Origin: Cryomorpha sp.
Lineage (GTDB): Bacteria > Bacteroidota > Bacteroidia > Flavobacteriales_D > Cryomorphaceae
Reading direction: 5' to 3'
Length of the DNA stretch: 45,251 nt
Assembly (NCBI GenBank): GCA_041744015.1
Contig: JBGTLS010000079.1
Location: 1 to 45,251, forward strand
The stretch's first letter is position 1. Every line of letters starts with the position of its first letter. Under the pieces are notes generated by a model. The model saw nothing but the letters and a program-made list of their open reading frames with translations, was not told the DNA's origin and ran no database searches. A program made the translations under genes and the position numbers. This document shows positions 18,018 to 28,027 of this stretch, in pieces.

Positions 18018-19238
18018 TTGAGCGTGAATAGAATATTGCTGATTTTCTTGTTATTGTTTCCTGGCATAGACATATTCCCAAATAGTTTGGCGCCCACATC
18101 TCCACCGGATACGACGACAGAAAAGAGTCAATGGTTTAACAACATCCAGATCCGCGGATATGCACAGGTGCGGTACAACAGGTTGCTCGAAACAAATCCC
18201 GACCTGCAGTGTGAACAATGCGACCGCTCATGGGGTAGAGATGGCGGATTTTTTCTGCGTCGGGCCCGAATCATATTTTTTGGCCAGGTTCATCCCCGGG
18301 TGTATTTCTATATTCAGCCGGATTTTGCCAGTTCGAATGGAGAGGGTCAAAATTTTGGGCAACTACGGGACTTGTATTTTGATATAGGCATCGACCGTAA
18401 TAATGAATTTCGTTTTCGGATAGGTCAAAGCAAGGTTCCATTTGGATTTGAAAATCTGCAATCCAGTCAAAACAGGTTGGCTCTGGATCGGAATGATGCG
18501 ATAAATAGCGCCTTTTCCAATGAAAGGGATATAGGGGTGTTTTTTTACTGGGCCCCCGGCAAAATCCGGGACAGGTTTAGCATGCTCGTCAGAGATGGAT
18601 ACAAAGGCAGCGGAGACTACGGTGTATTCGGTTTTGGTGTGTTCAATGGTCAAACTGCCAATCAGGTGGAAAGAAACGATGACACCCATGTGGTGGCCCG
18701 TGTCACTTATCCATTTTTGATAGGCAATCAGATTATCGAAACATCGCTTCAGGGATACTCCGGCAATTTTGAACTCGCTCCCAACCAATTGAGTGAAGGG
18801 GTGAGAACAACTTCAGAAGATTTTTCATTTCGCGATCAACGCGTAGCGGCAACTGTAATCCTGTATCCGAAACCTTTCGGATTTCAGGCAGAATACAACG
18901 TGGGAGAGGGGCCTGAATTCAATCCGGCGACTTCCACAATCGAAACGCAAAAACTGGAAGGAGGATATGTCACCGTCAACTATCGCCAACAGATAAAGAA
19001 TCAATTCTTTTATCCATTCGTCCGCTATCAGTATTATGACGGAGGCAAGAAACATGAACGCGATGCGCGCAGTTATACCGTTCGGGAATTGGAGTGCGGA
19101 CTCGAATGGTTGCCAAATCCGCATTTTGAACTGGTGGTGATGTACACGATGTCATCCAGAAGATTTGAAGATTTTCAAAATCCACACAACCGCCAGGAAG
19201 GCAATCTGCTTCGAATACAGGCCCAGATGAACTTTTAG
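18018..19238 (+). CDS. Outer-membrane porin (phosphate-selective porin O/P-like)
   Basis: 406 aa with a TTG or GTG start. Signal peptide. QIRGYAQVRY start, alternating beta-strand pattern, terminal F. Confidence 0.65.
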   Translation: MSVNRILLIFLLLFPGIDIFPNSLAPTSPPDTTTEKSQWFNNIQIRGYAQVRYNRLLETNPDLQCEQCDRSWGRDGGFFLRRARIIFFGQVHPRVYFYIQPDFASSNGEGQNFGQLRDLYFDIGIDRNNEFRFRIGQSKVPFGFENLQSSQNRLALDRNDAINSAFSNERDIGVFFYWAPGKIRDRFSMLVRDGYKGSGDYGVFGFGVFNGQTANQVERNDDTHVVARVTYPFLIGNQIIETSLQGYSGNFELAPNQLSEGVRTTSEDFSFRDQRVAATVILYPKPFGFQAEYNVGEGPEFNPATSTIETQKLEGGYVTVNYRQQIKNQFFYPFVRYQYYDGGKKHERDARSYTVRELECGLEWLPNPHFELVVMYTMSSRRFEDFQNPHNRQEGNLLRIQAQMNF

Positions 19239-19281
19239 GACTGGAAATTTTCTTAGAAAGATTAAGTGTTGGATCTCCTGC

Positions 19282-19929
19282 TTATCTGAAGGTGAGGAAT
19301 AACGCTCCAATAATCAATGCGATACACATAATCAGAAAATACGGTAATAAAACATTGATCACCGCCCGACCAGCGCCAAATTCGTGAACGAGCATGATGC
19401 CGCGTACAAATAACACAACAGACCAAATCATTAATATGGCTCCTACAATTGAAATCCCGATAAGTACTGCTGAAAATGTAAGGCTTTCGATTTCCATCTC
19501 ACTGGAGAAATAATCAAATCCCAGGAATATTAGCTGCGGGATGATTAAAAGTAATACGCAAATGGCCGGAATCAGGGACCATGCCAAGACATTTCGCACC
19601 TGCCACAATTGACCTTTTGCCCCAAGCCATTTCCCCGTTTGGTGTGTTGCCCATGCCAGGATGTAATAGATGCCCCACCCAATCAATGTGGCTGATAGAA
19701 TCTGAAATATGAGATAAATTGATCCGGATCGGTTATACGTTGCACTTCCGGTTCTGCTTAAAGAATTGACGAAAGCGCCCAGCAGAAATAACAGGTTTAC
19801 GTACTTGTTCGGTAGGTGTTTGAGAACAAATTTGAATGTGGCTGCTGGATAAAACCATATGGTCTGCAACAGATTGGATTCACGGATATCCGGACCGGGT
19901 TCTTCAACTACATCCAGAATATTATCCAT
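19282..19929 (-). CDS. Yip1-like multi-pass membrane protein
   Basis: 215 aa. Soluble N-terminus, then 5 hydrophobic helices. Yip1-like layout, assigned by eye. Confidence 0.5.
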   Translation of the reverse strand: MDNILDVVEEPGPDIRESNLLQTIWFYPAATFKFVLKHLPNKYVNLLFLLGAFVNSLSRTGSATYNRSGSIYLIFQILSATLIGWGIYYILAWATHQTGKWLGAKGQLWQVRNVLAWSLIPAICVLLLIIPQLIFLGFDYFSSEMEIESLTFSAVLIGISIVGAILMIWSVVLFVRGIMLVHEFGAGRAVINVLLPYFLIMCIALIIGALFLTFR

Positions 19930-20179
19930 TGTTTACATTTATTTGAGAATCCCCTGCGTTCAAAAATAGGATAATTTTGATTGGTTCATAAAAACTGTCT
20001 GATTAACAGCTTTCATCGCATCCACGCCCGAAAATCTTTTACCACAAAATGTCGGAATGCCAATTTGTTAATCATTTACCAGTATTTGTAAATTCAGAAT
20101 AAATCATCCACCTTTGCACGCCTTTTTAATAAAGAAGGTCTTACCCGCAATCCGCTCATCAATCCCTCTTTAAAATCAG

Positions 20180-20623
20180 ATGTCAAAAATTACCGATAGC
20201 CGCAAACTCCTCGGAGTAGGAAGTACTGCCGATTTGAACGCTTTGAAAACGGTTTACCGAAATTTCATGAAAGAGAACCATCCCGACAAATTTCAGGATG
20301 ACGATGAACGCCTTTTGGCCGAAGAGCGAAGCAAGACATTTATAGAAGCCTACCATTTTTTGGTGAGTATTTCTCCCGAAACGCGCATCCGAAGCATGGA
20401 GTCGTATACAGAAACGATCACTTCTGCGCAGATTGTCAATTTCGAATACAAAAAGCAAACCCTGACCCTGGATTTTTCAGATGGGGTGAGTTATGAATAT
20501 TTCGATGTGTCGCGCGATGTGTACAACAAGTTTCTGAATGCCGATTCGCGCACGCGATTTGCCAGAAGGAGAATTTGCAACATGTTCCCTTACCGAAGTG
20601 TTAATCAGGCCGTAACGGTTTAA
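20180..20623 (+). CDS. J-domain protein with a C-terminal KTSC domain
   Basis: HPD motif (FMKENHPDKF). The C-terminus TLTLDFSDGVSYEYFDVSRDVYNKFLNADS is KTSC-like. Confidence 0.7.
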   Translation: MSKITDSRKLLGVGSTADLNALKTVYRNFMKENHPDKFQDDDERLLAEERSKTFIEAYHFLVSISPETRIRSMESYTETITSAQIVNFEYKKQTLTLDFSDGVSYEYFDVSRDVYNKFLNADSRTRFARRRICNMFPYRSVNQAVTV

Positions 20624-20650
20624 TCACTTCTTTTTCGGATTAGCTTTAAG

Positions 20651-21418
20651 CTAAATTTCCCTCACATCAGACTTTTTGAGCCAACCGCGATTTCCGCTGG
20701 CGATTTCGATCTCATACCAATTTTCGTCTTCGGTGAGAATAAAGACCTTGGTGCCGGCATGCAATATGAAAACCTTTGTAGCGACATCCCTGGGTTCGCT
20801 TTTAATGTCCACCTTATCGGTAAAAACAACTGCTGAAATATGGGTATGTCGATGAGTTTGGGCCGTATGAGCCACGGAATATGCGGCAATCGTCAAGCAA
20901 ACGAAAACGAGTCCGGTAAAGAAGCCAAGTTTCTTTCCTGAAGAGGTCTTCGCGAGCCAGTAGAGTAAAAAGGAAAGGACCGCAAGAACAATCAGTGCCA
21001 GCGATATATAAGCCCATCCATCCGGACCGATGCCATATCGAAAGTCGTCCCACCAGATATTGATCTTAGATTTTGGAAGTGTTTCAATTCTATCCGCAAT
21101 TCGGTCATTGGCCAGACGCAAATTGTATCGAACATCTTCATTTCCAGGCTCGTACTTCAAAGCTCGCTCAAAATATAAAATACTCTCCGGGATTTTTTTG
21201 AGTTTAAAATAGGTGTTGCCAAGATTGTAATTCAGTGTAACCCCGTCCACCAGGCTATCGCTGGCAAGATACCAGGAGAGGGCAGTTGAATAATCTCCGT
21301 TTTTATAGGCTTCATTCCCCAATTCAAATTTTTCTTTAGCCGAGACCAGAACTTCATCCTCAGCAAAGGCGGAGAGTACAGAAATAAAAAGGAATATGGT
21401 TAAAGCAATTCTTCTCAT
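20651..21418 (-). CDS. batE: BatE (TPR plus C-terminal SH3-like domain)
   Basis: Last gene of the Bat operon. Signal, TPR repeats (GNEAYKNGDY, LGNTYFKLKK), TM helices and an SH3-like tail (WYEIEIASGNRGWL). Confidence 0.7.
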   Translation of the reverse strand: MRRIALTIFLFISVLSAFAEDEVLVSAKEKFELGNEAYKNGDYSTALSWYLASDSLVDGVTLNYNLGNTYFKLKKIPESILYFERALKYEPGNEDVRYNLRLANDRIADRIETLPKSKINIWWDDFRYGIGPDGWAYISLALIVLAVLSFLLYWLAKTSSGKKLGFFTGLVFVCLTIAAYSVAHTAQTHRHTHISAVVFTDKVDIKSEPRDVATKVFILHAGTKVFILTEDENWYEIEIASGNRGWLKKSDVREI

Positions 21419-23199
21419 TTGATTGATCCCTCCAGTTTTTCAATCAGGCCTTCCGTCCTTTTATAAAAGCTAAAATCACTCTGTTCTGTCACCGGGGCGA
21501 ACCGTGCCATTTCGCAAGTTTCTATAATCCGAAAAGCTTCATATGCCACTTCCTCTTCAATTCCTGCTTCAAGCATTTTTTGTTTGAGCATCGGGCGGGA
21601 AAGACTGGATGCCGGAATGCCCAGTTTATCCCCTAAATATCCATATAGGGCGCTGAAAATTTCCGCATAGAACATGGTGCTATCGTTGCTGTTCATGGCT
21701 TTTTCGGCCGTGGCCAATCTTTTTCGGGCTACTTTATTGGCCTTTCGTTTTCTGCTTCCGGATACATCGCTTTCCAGAGCCTCCTGTCGTTTTCTGAAAA
21801 CTACAAAGCCCAGAAAAAGTATGACGGGACCAGTGAGCGCCAAATAATATCCCAAACTCCCGAAAAATAAATGTCCATTTTTCACAAAGGCAGTCGAATC
21901 CGTCATGATATATCTGATGTCACTTCTGGTTTGTTCCACACGGCTTTGGGCGCGCCGTTCCCCATCTTCAGGTATCATCCCATCCGCACCGCTTACGGCA
22001 AATTCAAGTGGTCCTTCCGTTTTGGTGAAATACCTTTCTTTCACCGGATCAAACCACGAAAAAGAAAGTGCGGGCATTTCATATTTTCCGGGGTATCGCG
22101 GTATGACAAGATACTGATATGATCGGCTGCCACTTACGCCGCCGGCATTTACGGATATACGGTCTTTTTGCTCAGGATCGTATGCGTCAAAATCTTCAGG
22201 AAAAAATACCGTTGGCCCTTTTATCAGGGTCAGGTTTCCCTTTCCGGAAATGGTGATGCTGAGATCGATTGCTTCATTTGTTTCCAATTCATTTCCAGCC
22301 GTTTTCAAAGAAAAGCTGAAATCGCCTACCGCGCCATTAAAGGATTCCGGCGCGTTTCCCGGAAGGGGTTTTACATTGATGCGCAATGTATTGCTATGAA
22401 CCGTAATCTCAGTCCCTGGATTGAAAAAACTCCTGTTTACGCGGCAGGTAACACTTAGCGGACCAATTTCCAATTCACCCGATCGCTGTGGGAAAAGTAC
22501 CTGTCGTTTCAGTACGGCTTTTCGGTATGGTACACCATTGATGGTTTCCAGTTTATCTTCCCATGAAGCCTGTTCTGTTTTGATATCTTCTGTCCAGAAT
22601 CCGGATAAGTTGGGGAAATTGGTTTCGCGCAGGTCAATGGTGTTGTACCGGCTGAGTAAGACATAAGAAACCACAAGATGTTCGCCCTGATACACGTTCG
22701 ATTTTGAAACCTGAATCGAAACAATCAAATTTTCATCCGTTTGGGAAGTCGCAGCAGATCTTTCTCTTCCGGATGGAACTGACCCGGGACTTTGTTGCAC
22801 ATTTCCCGCTGATCCCGATCCGCGAAGTACCTCCAGTGTAATGGGTTCTGTTCTGAAAGTTTGATTACCAACCCTGGCAGTGACAGCCCCAATCACGAAT
22901 TTTCCAGGTTCTTTTGGCCTCATGGTGTAGCTCAGCGTGATCGTACTCGATTGTTGTCCATTTACGATGCGGTAACTCGACGATTGTGAAGGGCCAAATA
23001 CCACCTGAAAATCTCTGAGATCCGGCGCTTCAATATCTCCCCGACCGTTTTCCAGGGTCAGCCTGAGGCTGAAAACATCACCTGTATAGACCGGATTTTT
23101 GTCTACACTGGCGTAAAAATTGACATCCTGCGCATTTGTAATTTGCACAGAAAACAGCATTATCAGAGCTACAATCAAGTATTTACCAGTCTTTTTCAA
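21415..23199 (-). CDS. batD: BatD (oxygen-tolerance protein)
   Basis: 594 aa with TTG start, giving a good signal peptide. Large beta-rich ectodomain, one TM near residue 450 and a helical tail. It holds the operon position of batD. Confidence 0.7.
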   Translation of the reverse strand: MKKTGKYLIVALIMLFSVQITNAQDVNFYASVDKNPVYTGDVFSLRLTLENGRGDIEAPDLRDFQVVFGPSQSSSYRIVNGQQSSTITLSYTMRPKEPGKFVIGAVTARVGNQTFRTEPITLEVLRGSGSAGNVQQSPGSVPSGRERSAATSQTDENLIVSIQVSKSNVYQGEHLVVSYVLLSRYNTIDLRETNFPNLSGFWTEDIKTEQASWEDKLETINGVPYRKAVLKRQVLFPQRSGELEIGPLSVTCRVNRSFFNPGTEITVHSNTLRINVKPLPGNAPESFNGAVGDFSFSLKTAGNELETNEAIDLSITISGKGNLTLIKGPTVFFPEDFDAYDPEQKDRISVNAGGVSGSRSYQYLVIPRYPGKYEMPALSFSWFDPVKERYFTKTEGPLEFAVSGADGMIPEDGERRAQSRVEQTRSDIRYIMTDSTAFVKNGHLFFGSLGYYLALTGPVILFLGFVVFRKRQEALESDVSGSRKRKANKVARKRLATAEKAMNSNDSTMFYAEIFSALYGYLGDKLGIPASSLSRPMLKQKMLEAGIEEEVAYEAFRIIETCEMARFAPVTEQSDFSFYKRTEGLIEKLEGSIK

Positions 23200-23935
23200 T
23201 CCGTACTCTTTGGGCCTTGTGTTTTTCTTTGTTTAATTTATCCTGCAGTTCTTTTTCCTGATTCATCATAGCATCGAGCATACGCTCGGCTTCTTCTTTT
23301 GTCAACTGATCAGGTTTGGGTTGTTCTTTCTGTTGATCCTGGTTTTCCTGTTGATCCTGTTGGTCATTCTGATCCTGTTCCTGATCCTGCTCCTGTGGAT
23401 CCTGATTTTGTTCCTGTTGCTCCTGTTCCTGCTCCTGTTTCAATTTTTGGGCGTAAGCCAGATTGTAACGAGCGTCTTCATCTGCGGGATTGTTGCGCAG
23501 GGCATTCTTATAAGCTTCTATACTCGGATCAATTTCACCGGAAATCAAACGCGAGTTTCCCAAATTAAAGTTTGATTTGTTTTTTTCTTCCGGTGTTTCC
23601 GACATTTTGGTCACTTTTTCAAATTGCTCAGCGGCTTTTTTGTTGAGCTGATTTGCAGCTTCCATCATGGCCTGTTTTTCTTCCGGATTTTCAATTTTAG
23701 ACGCCGCTTCCATCATGGAGCGCGATTTTCTCAGATACGCATTGCCGGTATTGAATATAGCCTCTTTATATTCGGGATTTTCTCCCATCGCTTCGTCGTA
23801 TTGAGACACAGCAGCGTCATATTCTCCCGATTTATAAGCTGCATTTCCTATACTTGTCTTCAATTTTTCTTTTTGCGCCTGGCTGCTGAAAGGAATCAGC
23901 AGCACAGCCAATAATATGCATTTGTACCAATTCAT
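23183..23935 (-). CDS. batC: BatC (TPR protein with a Q/E/D-rich tail)
   Basis: Signal peptide. TPR motifs (GNAAYKSGEYDAA, YNLAYAQ). Low-complexity QEQEQEQQEQNQD tract. Confidence 0.7.
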   Translation of the reverse strand: MNWYKCILLAVLLIPFSSQAQKEKLKTSIGNAAYKSGEYDAAVSQYDEAMGENPEYKEAIFNTGNAYLRKSRSMMEAASKIENPEEKQAMMEAANQLNKKAAEQFEKVTKMSETPEEKNKSNFNLGNSRLISGEIDPSIEAYKNALRNNPADEDARYNLAYAQKLKQEQEQEQQEQNQDPQEQDQEQDQNDQQDQQENQDQQKEQPKPDQLTKEEAERMLDAMMNQEKELQDKLNKEKHKAQRVRIEKDW

Positions 23936-25083
23936 GATTCAAAGATTTTAATCCGCCGGGCAAGTTTCCCTTTGCGCTCGTTTATGAATATTTCAAGAAG
24001 AATGCACAAAAGTGCAATCGCTAAAAAGAACTGATAACGGTCTTCATATTCCGCATATGACACGGATGCCATTTCAGTTTTTTCCAATGCATTTAATTCC
24101 TCCATAAGTGGATTTAATCCCACTTCTGCACTGGAAGCTTTGATATACTTGCCATTGCCCCCTTCAGCGATCTGGCGTAACATGTCTTCATTGAGCTGAG
24201 AAATGACGGTTTTTCCGTCACGGTCTTTTTTAAAACCAACAGCTTGTCCTTTCTGCATATCCGGTATCGGACTGCCCTTGGCTGAACCCATCCCAATGGT
24301 ATACACTTTAACTCCCCGGGCGGCGGCATTTGTTGCTGCTCCAAGTGCATCATCCTCGTGGTTTTCGCCATCTGTGATCACGATTATGGCTTTCTGGCCG
24401 GGATTGTTGAAGTCAAAACTCAACAGACACAGGTCGATGGCCGCACCGATAGCTGTACCCTGTACAGGTACCACATCGGGATTTACGGAAGATAAAAAGA
24501 GCTTCCCCGCTGAGTAGTCATTCGTAATGGGCAACTGAACAAATGCCTGTCCGGCAAAAACAACAATCCCAATTCGGTCGCCTTTAAGATTGTCCAACAG
24601 TTTTTCGAGTGCCCGCCTCGCCAACGTGATGCGGTTTGGCCGAAGGTCTTCGGCCAACATGCTGTTCGAGACATCCACAGCAACCATTATATCGATTCCA
24701 CTCACTTTCGCCTCAGTCATTTTTGAGCCGAGTTGGGGACCTGTCAATGCAAATACGACCATCGCTGCGGCAATGCGCCAAAGCATAAATTTGATCACAG
24801 CGTTTACACTGGATATATCGCCCACCATATTTCCGAGCAGGGTGGGCTGGGCAAAACGGTCAAGTCGTCGGTTTTTGGACCATGCTGCGATGTTGAAAAT
24901 AAAGAACATTACCGGACCGAAGGCAAGAAGCCAGGCCATTTCGGGCCTCTTGATACGCAGGCCGGGAATGGCATCGAGCACAATGAAAAACAAGAGGGCA
25001 AAGGCGATCCACAGCACAATTTCCAGTACGAGTGTGGCCACGAACATGCCCCAAAAATTGTATTTGAAATTGATGTTTTTCAC
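23932..25083 (-). CDS. batB: BatB (membrane-anchored von Willebrand factor A protein)
   Basis: GTG start. N-terminal TM helices. VWA MIDAS motif DVSNSM and IVITDGENH. Confidence 0.8.
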   Translation of the reverse strand: MKNINFKYNFWGMFVATLVLEIVLWIAFALLFFIVLDAIPGLRIKRPEMAWLLAFGPVMFFIFNIAAWSKNRRLDRFAQPTLLGNMVGDISSVNAVIKFMLWRIAAAMVVFALTGPQLGSKMTEAKVSGIDIMVAVDVSNSMLAEDLRPNRITLARRALEKLLDNLKGDRIGIVVFAGQAFVQLPITNDYSAGKLFLSSVNPDVVPVQGTAIGAAIDLCLLSFDFNNPGQKAIIVITDGENHEDDALGAATNAAARGVKVYTIGMGSAKGSPIPDMQKGQAVGFKKDRDGKTVISQLNEDMLRQIAEGGNGKYIKASSAEVGLNPLMEELNALEKTEMASVSYAEYEDRYQFFLAIALLCILLEIFINERKGKLARRIKIFES

Positions 25084-26156
25084 GGGAGTGTTTGAAGAAT
25101 TAACTGTCTGAACAAAAATTCTGCCAGCAGGAGTACAGCCCCTACGACCAGAAACCAGTAGTATTGCTCAGATTTCTGACGGTGTTCAGTCACACTGATT
25201 TTCGTTTTTTCCATACGGTCTATTTCAGAAAAAATGCGGCTGAGCGTGTTGCCATCCGTAGCCCGAAAATATTCTGCATCTGTCATCGCTGCGATGGATT
25301 TCATAGTCTCTTCATCGATTTTTACATCGGCCATCTCATATTTGTAAGTTCCATCGGGATACATGGCCACCGGAGATTTAGCGCGGCCAATGGTGCCTAC
25401 TCCGATGGTATATACACGTATGCCAAAACTCTGAGCTATTTCGGCTGCTGTAATGGGTGCAATGGATCCGGCGTTGTTGTCACCATCGGTCATGAGTATT
25501 ACAACTTTACTTCGTGCTTCGCTTTCGCGCAAACGGTTTACAGCTGTCGCCAAACCCATACCGATCGCGGTGCCACCCTGAACCAAACCGGTGCGCACTT
25601 CTTTGAACAGGTTGATAAGCACCCGGTGATCGGAGGTCAGCGGGCATTGCGTAAAACTCTCGCCTTCATAAACCACAAGTCCGATGCGGTCATTGGGTCG
25701 ACCCTGGATAAAACGAATGGCCACTTCCTTGGCTTTTTCAAGTCGGTTGGGTTGGAAATCCTGGGCGAGCATCGAAGCCGATATATCCATCGCAATCACG
25801 ATATCAATCCCTTCTGTGGTTACATTTTGCCAACTGAGTTGCGACTGAGGCCTGCACAATGCGACAATGAGAAAACTCACAGCTATCATGCGCATCATAA
25901 ATGGGAGATGCACCTGGATTTCTGTAAATATTTGACCTCCTTTCGGAAATTGGTTGAGTGATGACAATTTGACTTTTGGATGTCTCGCCTGAATGCGCCA
26001 TACGTGATAAATCCCTGCCAGAGGAACCAGAATCAACAGGTAGAAAAAGTTTTCGTTGTAATATTCATATGCATCCCTGAAATACAACCACACGCCAAGC
26101 GCAATACCTGAAGCCAACAGCGCAAAAACCAATGCTATTTTCTGCTGTCTGCTCAT
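25080..26156 (-). CDS. batA: BatA (membrane-anchored von Willebrand factor A protein)
   Basis: TM helices. VWA MIDAS motif DISASM and ILMTDGDNN. C-terminal TM. Confidence 0.8.
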   Translation of the reverse strand: MSRQQKIALVFALLASGIALGVWLYFRDAYEYYNENFFYLLILVPLAGIYHVWRIQARHPKVKLSSLNQFPKGGQIFTEIQVHLPFMMRMIAVSFLIVALCRPQSQLSWQNVTTEGIDIVIAMDISASMLAQDFQPNRLEKAKEVAIRFIQGRPNDRIGLVVYEGESFTQCPLTSDHRVLINLFKEVRTGLVQGGTAIGMGLATAVNRLRESEARSKVVILMTDGDNNAGSIAPITAAEIAQSFGIRVYTIGVGTIGRAKSPVAMYPDGTYKYEMADVKIDEETMKSIAAMTDAEYFRATDGNTLSRIFSEIDRMEKTKISVTEHRQKSEQYYWFLVVGAVLLLAEFLFRQLILQTLP

Positions 26157-27145
26157 GAAATTCGAGAATTATCCGATTCCAGCGGTGGCAGCGCTGTATC
26201 AACAGGAGGCATAACCATTGTTGCCTTCACAAAATCGATGGCTTGTGCCACGGCTTCCTCATTGTCCGTGTAATCGGGTTTTTCCTTGGCAAACTTGACC
26301 ATATCCGCACGGAACAGGATGGTGCGGAGCGCCCGGAGTTGGGGTTCAGGGATTCCACTGTACCGCAATTTGTCCAGAATCTGTCGGGTGGTAAGCTCAT
26401 GTGCGTGAACGCCAAAGGCATTTTCCAGATATGTGCGAAGCGTATCTGTAATGGAGGTGTGGTAATCCTTAACATCACCCGTTTTATAGGCTTTTTCTTC
26501 CTGAATTCGCCGAAGGGTTTCCAGCGCAATGGTCTGGGGTGACTTTTCAGGTTCAGGTGGAAGGGCTGCAGGTCTGAGACGTCTCCTTTTGCGGTAACGC
26601 ACAAATAAAATAATTGCCGCAACCAGAATGGCCACCAGGGCAAAAGCACCCGCGACGTATGGCCAGTATACTTCCAGGAAATCCAGCCATCCAACTTCGA
26701 CTTCGTAAATCTCGCGCACATCGACGATCCCTTTAGTCGTGTCGATCTCAACAGTTTCCACGGTTAGTAGAAAGGCCTCTGTTTGGGTGGGAACCCCATT
26801 TATGTCAATGACGAAAGGCGGAATGGCATAGTATCCACTGTCGAAACTCGTGATAAAGAGTTGCTGTTCTATCCGCGACTCCTTCACGCCGGCACCGGTT
26901 TCCAGGGTATCCACCGGGGTGAAATGCACCACCTCCACGCCCTTCACCAGGGTATCGCTGATGGGTGGAAAAGTCACTATGGGTGGATTGGCTTTGTCAA
27001 ATCGCACGGATAGTTTGATCACCGCCTGTTCGCCAATCCTGATTTTATCTCTGTCGATTACCGCGCTGGCATCCTGGCCCTGCGCTATAACCGCCAGGAA
27101 AAGCAACAGGATAAAGCCATATGTCTTCGCAGAGAAAATATTCAT
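26153..27145 (-). CDS. Bat-operon membrane protein (third gene; BatD-N-like ectodomain plus DUF4381-like TM and tail)
   Basis: Signal peptide. One TM (VAGAFALVAILVAAIILFV followed by RYRKRRR). It holds the position between the DUF58 gene and batA. Confidence 0.55.
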   Translation of the reverse strand: MNIFSAKTYGFILLLFLAVIAQGQDASAVIDRDKIRIGEQAVIKLSVRFDKANPPIVTFPPISDTLVKGVEVVHFTPVDTLETGAGVKESRIEQQLFITSFDSGYYAIPPFVIDINGVPTQTEAFLLTVETVEIDTTKGIVDVREIYEVEVGWLDFLEVYWPYVAGAFALVAILVAAIILFVRYRKRRRLRPAALPPEPEKSPQTIALETLRRIQEEKAYKTGDVKDYHTSITDTLRTYLENAFGVHAHELTTRQILDKLRYSGIPEPQLRALRTILFRADMVKFAKEKPDYTDNEEAVAQAIDFVKATMVMPPVDTALPPLESDNSRIS

Positions 27146-28018
27146 TTAATTTCGTTTGCTAAAAAGATTTCGCAAGGGTGAAATATATGATTCGTGTGTG
27201 CCTATGGTCGCCAGATCCACTCCGGCGCGCTTACAGGCCTGTTTGGCAAACGACATCCGGTCATAAGCATTTTTCGCGTAAGTGAGCCGCACACTTTTAG
27301 AGCTGGTATTTACCCAACGCACCTCATTGGTTTCAGGATCGACAAATTGCACCAGTCCGAGATCGGGCATTTCGCGTTCCCGCTGATCGTATATCTGCAA
27401 GGCAACGAGGTCATGTTTTTTATTTGCCAACTTCAACGGATCTTCAAAATTCTGATCCATAAAATCGCTGATCAAAAAGGCAATGCTGCGTTTTTTGACC
27501 ACATTGTTTAAAAATCTGAGCGCATCGCCAATGTTGGTGCCCTGACTCTGTGGTTTGAATTCAATCAATTCACGGATAATCCGAAGAATATGTGATTTGC
27601 CTTTCTTGGGGGGAATGTATTTTTCTATCGTCTGACTGAAAAAGATGACTCCTATTTTGTCGTTGTTGGTAATGGCCGAAAATGCCAGAACGGCACAGAT
27701 TTCGGTTATAAGCCCTTTTTTGAGTTGATCCTGGGTTCCGAAACTGTCAGATTGAGAAATATCAACCACTAATATAACGGTGAGCTCCCGCTCTTCTTCA
27801 AATATCTTCACGTATGGATGGCCGAATCGCGCGGTGACATTCCAGTCAATCGTGCGCACCTCATCGCCTACTGCGTATTCGCGTACTTCGCTAAAAGCCA
27901 TACCACGCCCCTTGAACGCTGAGTGATACTCTCCGGAAAAAATCTGGTTGGAGAGACCTTTGGTCTTGAGTTCAATGCGTCTGACTTTCTTTAAAAGCTC
28001 TGCGGTATCCGTGGCCAT
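27146..28018 (-). CDS. DUF58 domain protein (MoxR partner)
   Basis: Motifs GEYHSAFKGRGMAFSEVREYAVGDEVRTIDW and VVDIS are typical of DUF58. Confidence 0.8.
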   Translation of the reverse strand: MATDTAELLKKVRRIELKTKGLSNQIFSGEYHSAFKGRGMAFSEVREYAVGDEVRTIDWNVTARFGHPYVKIFEEERELTVILVVDISQSDSFGTQDQLKKGLITEICAVLAFSAITNNDKIGVIFFSQTIEKYIPPKKGKSHILRIIRELIEFKPQSQGTNIGDALRFLNNVVKKRSIAFLISDFMDQNFEDPLKLANKKHDLVALQIYDQREREMPDLGLVQFVDPETNEVRWVNTSSKSVRLTYAKNAYDRMSFAKQACKRAGVDLATIGTHESYISPLRNLFSKRN

Positions 28019-28027
28019 AAATACTTG

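Noticed and set aside
23299-23575. Repetitive GATCCTG/TTCCTG DNA that looks like a tandem repeat or minisatellite.
   Set aside because: It is the antisense of the Q/E/D-rich low-complexity tail of BatC (QEQEQEQQEQNQD...). The repetition is at the coding level. It is not a non-coding array or a CRISPR.
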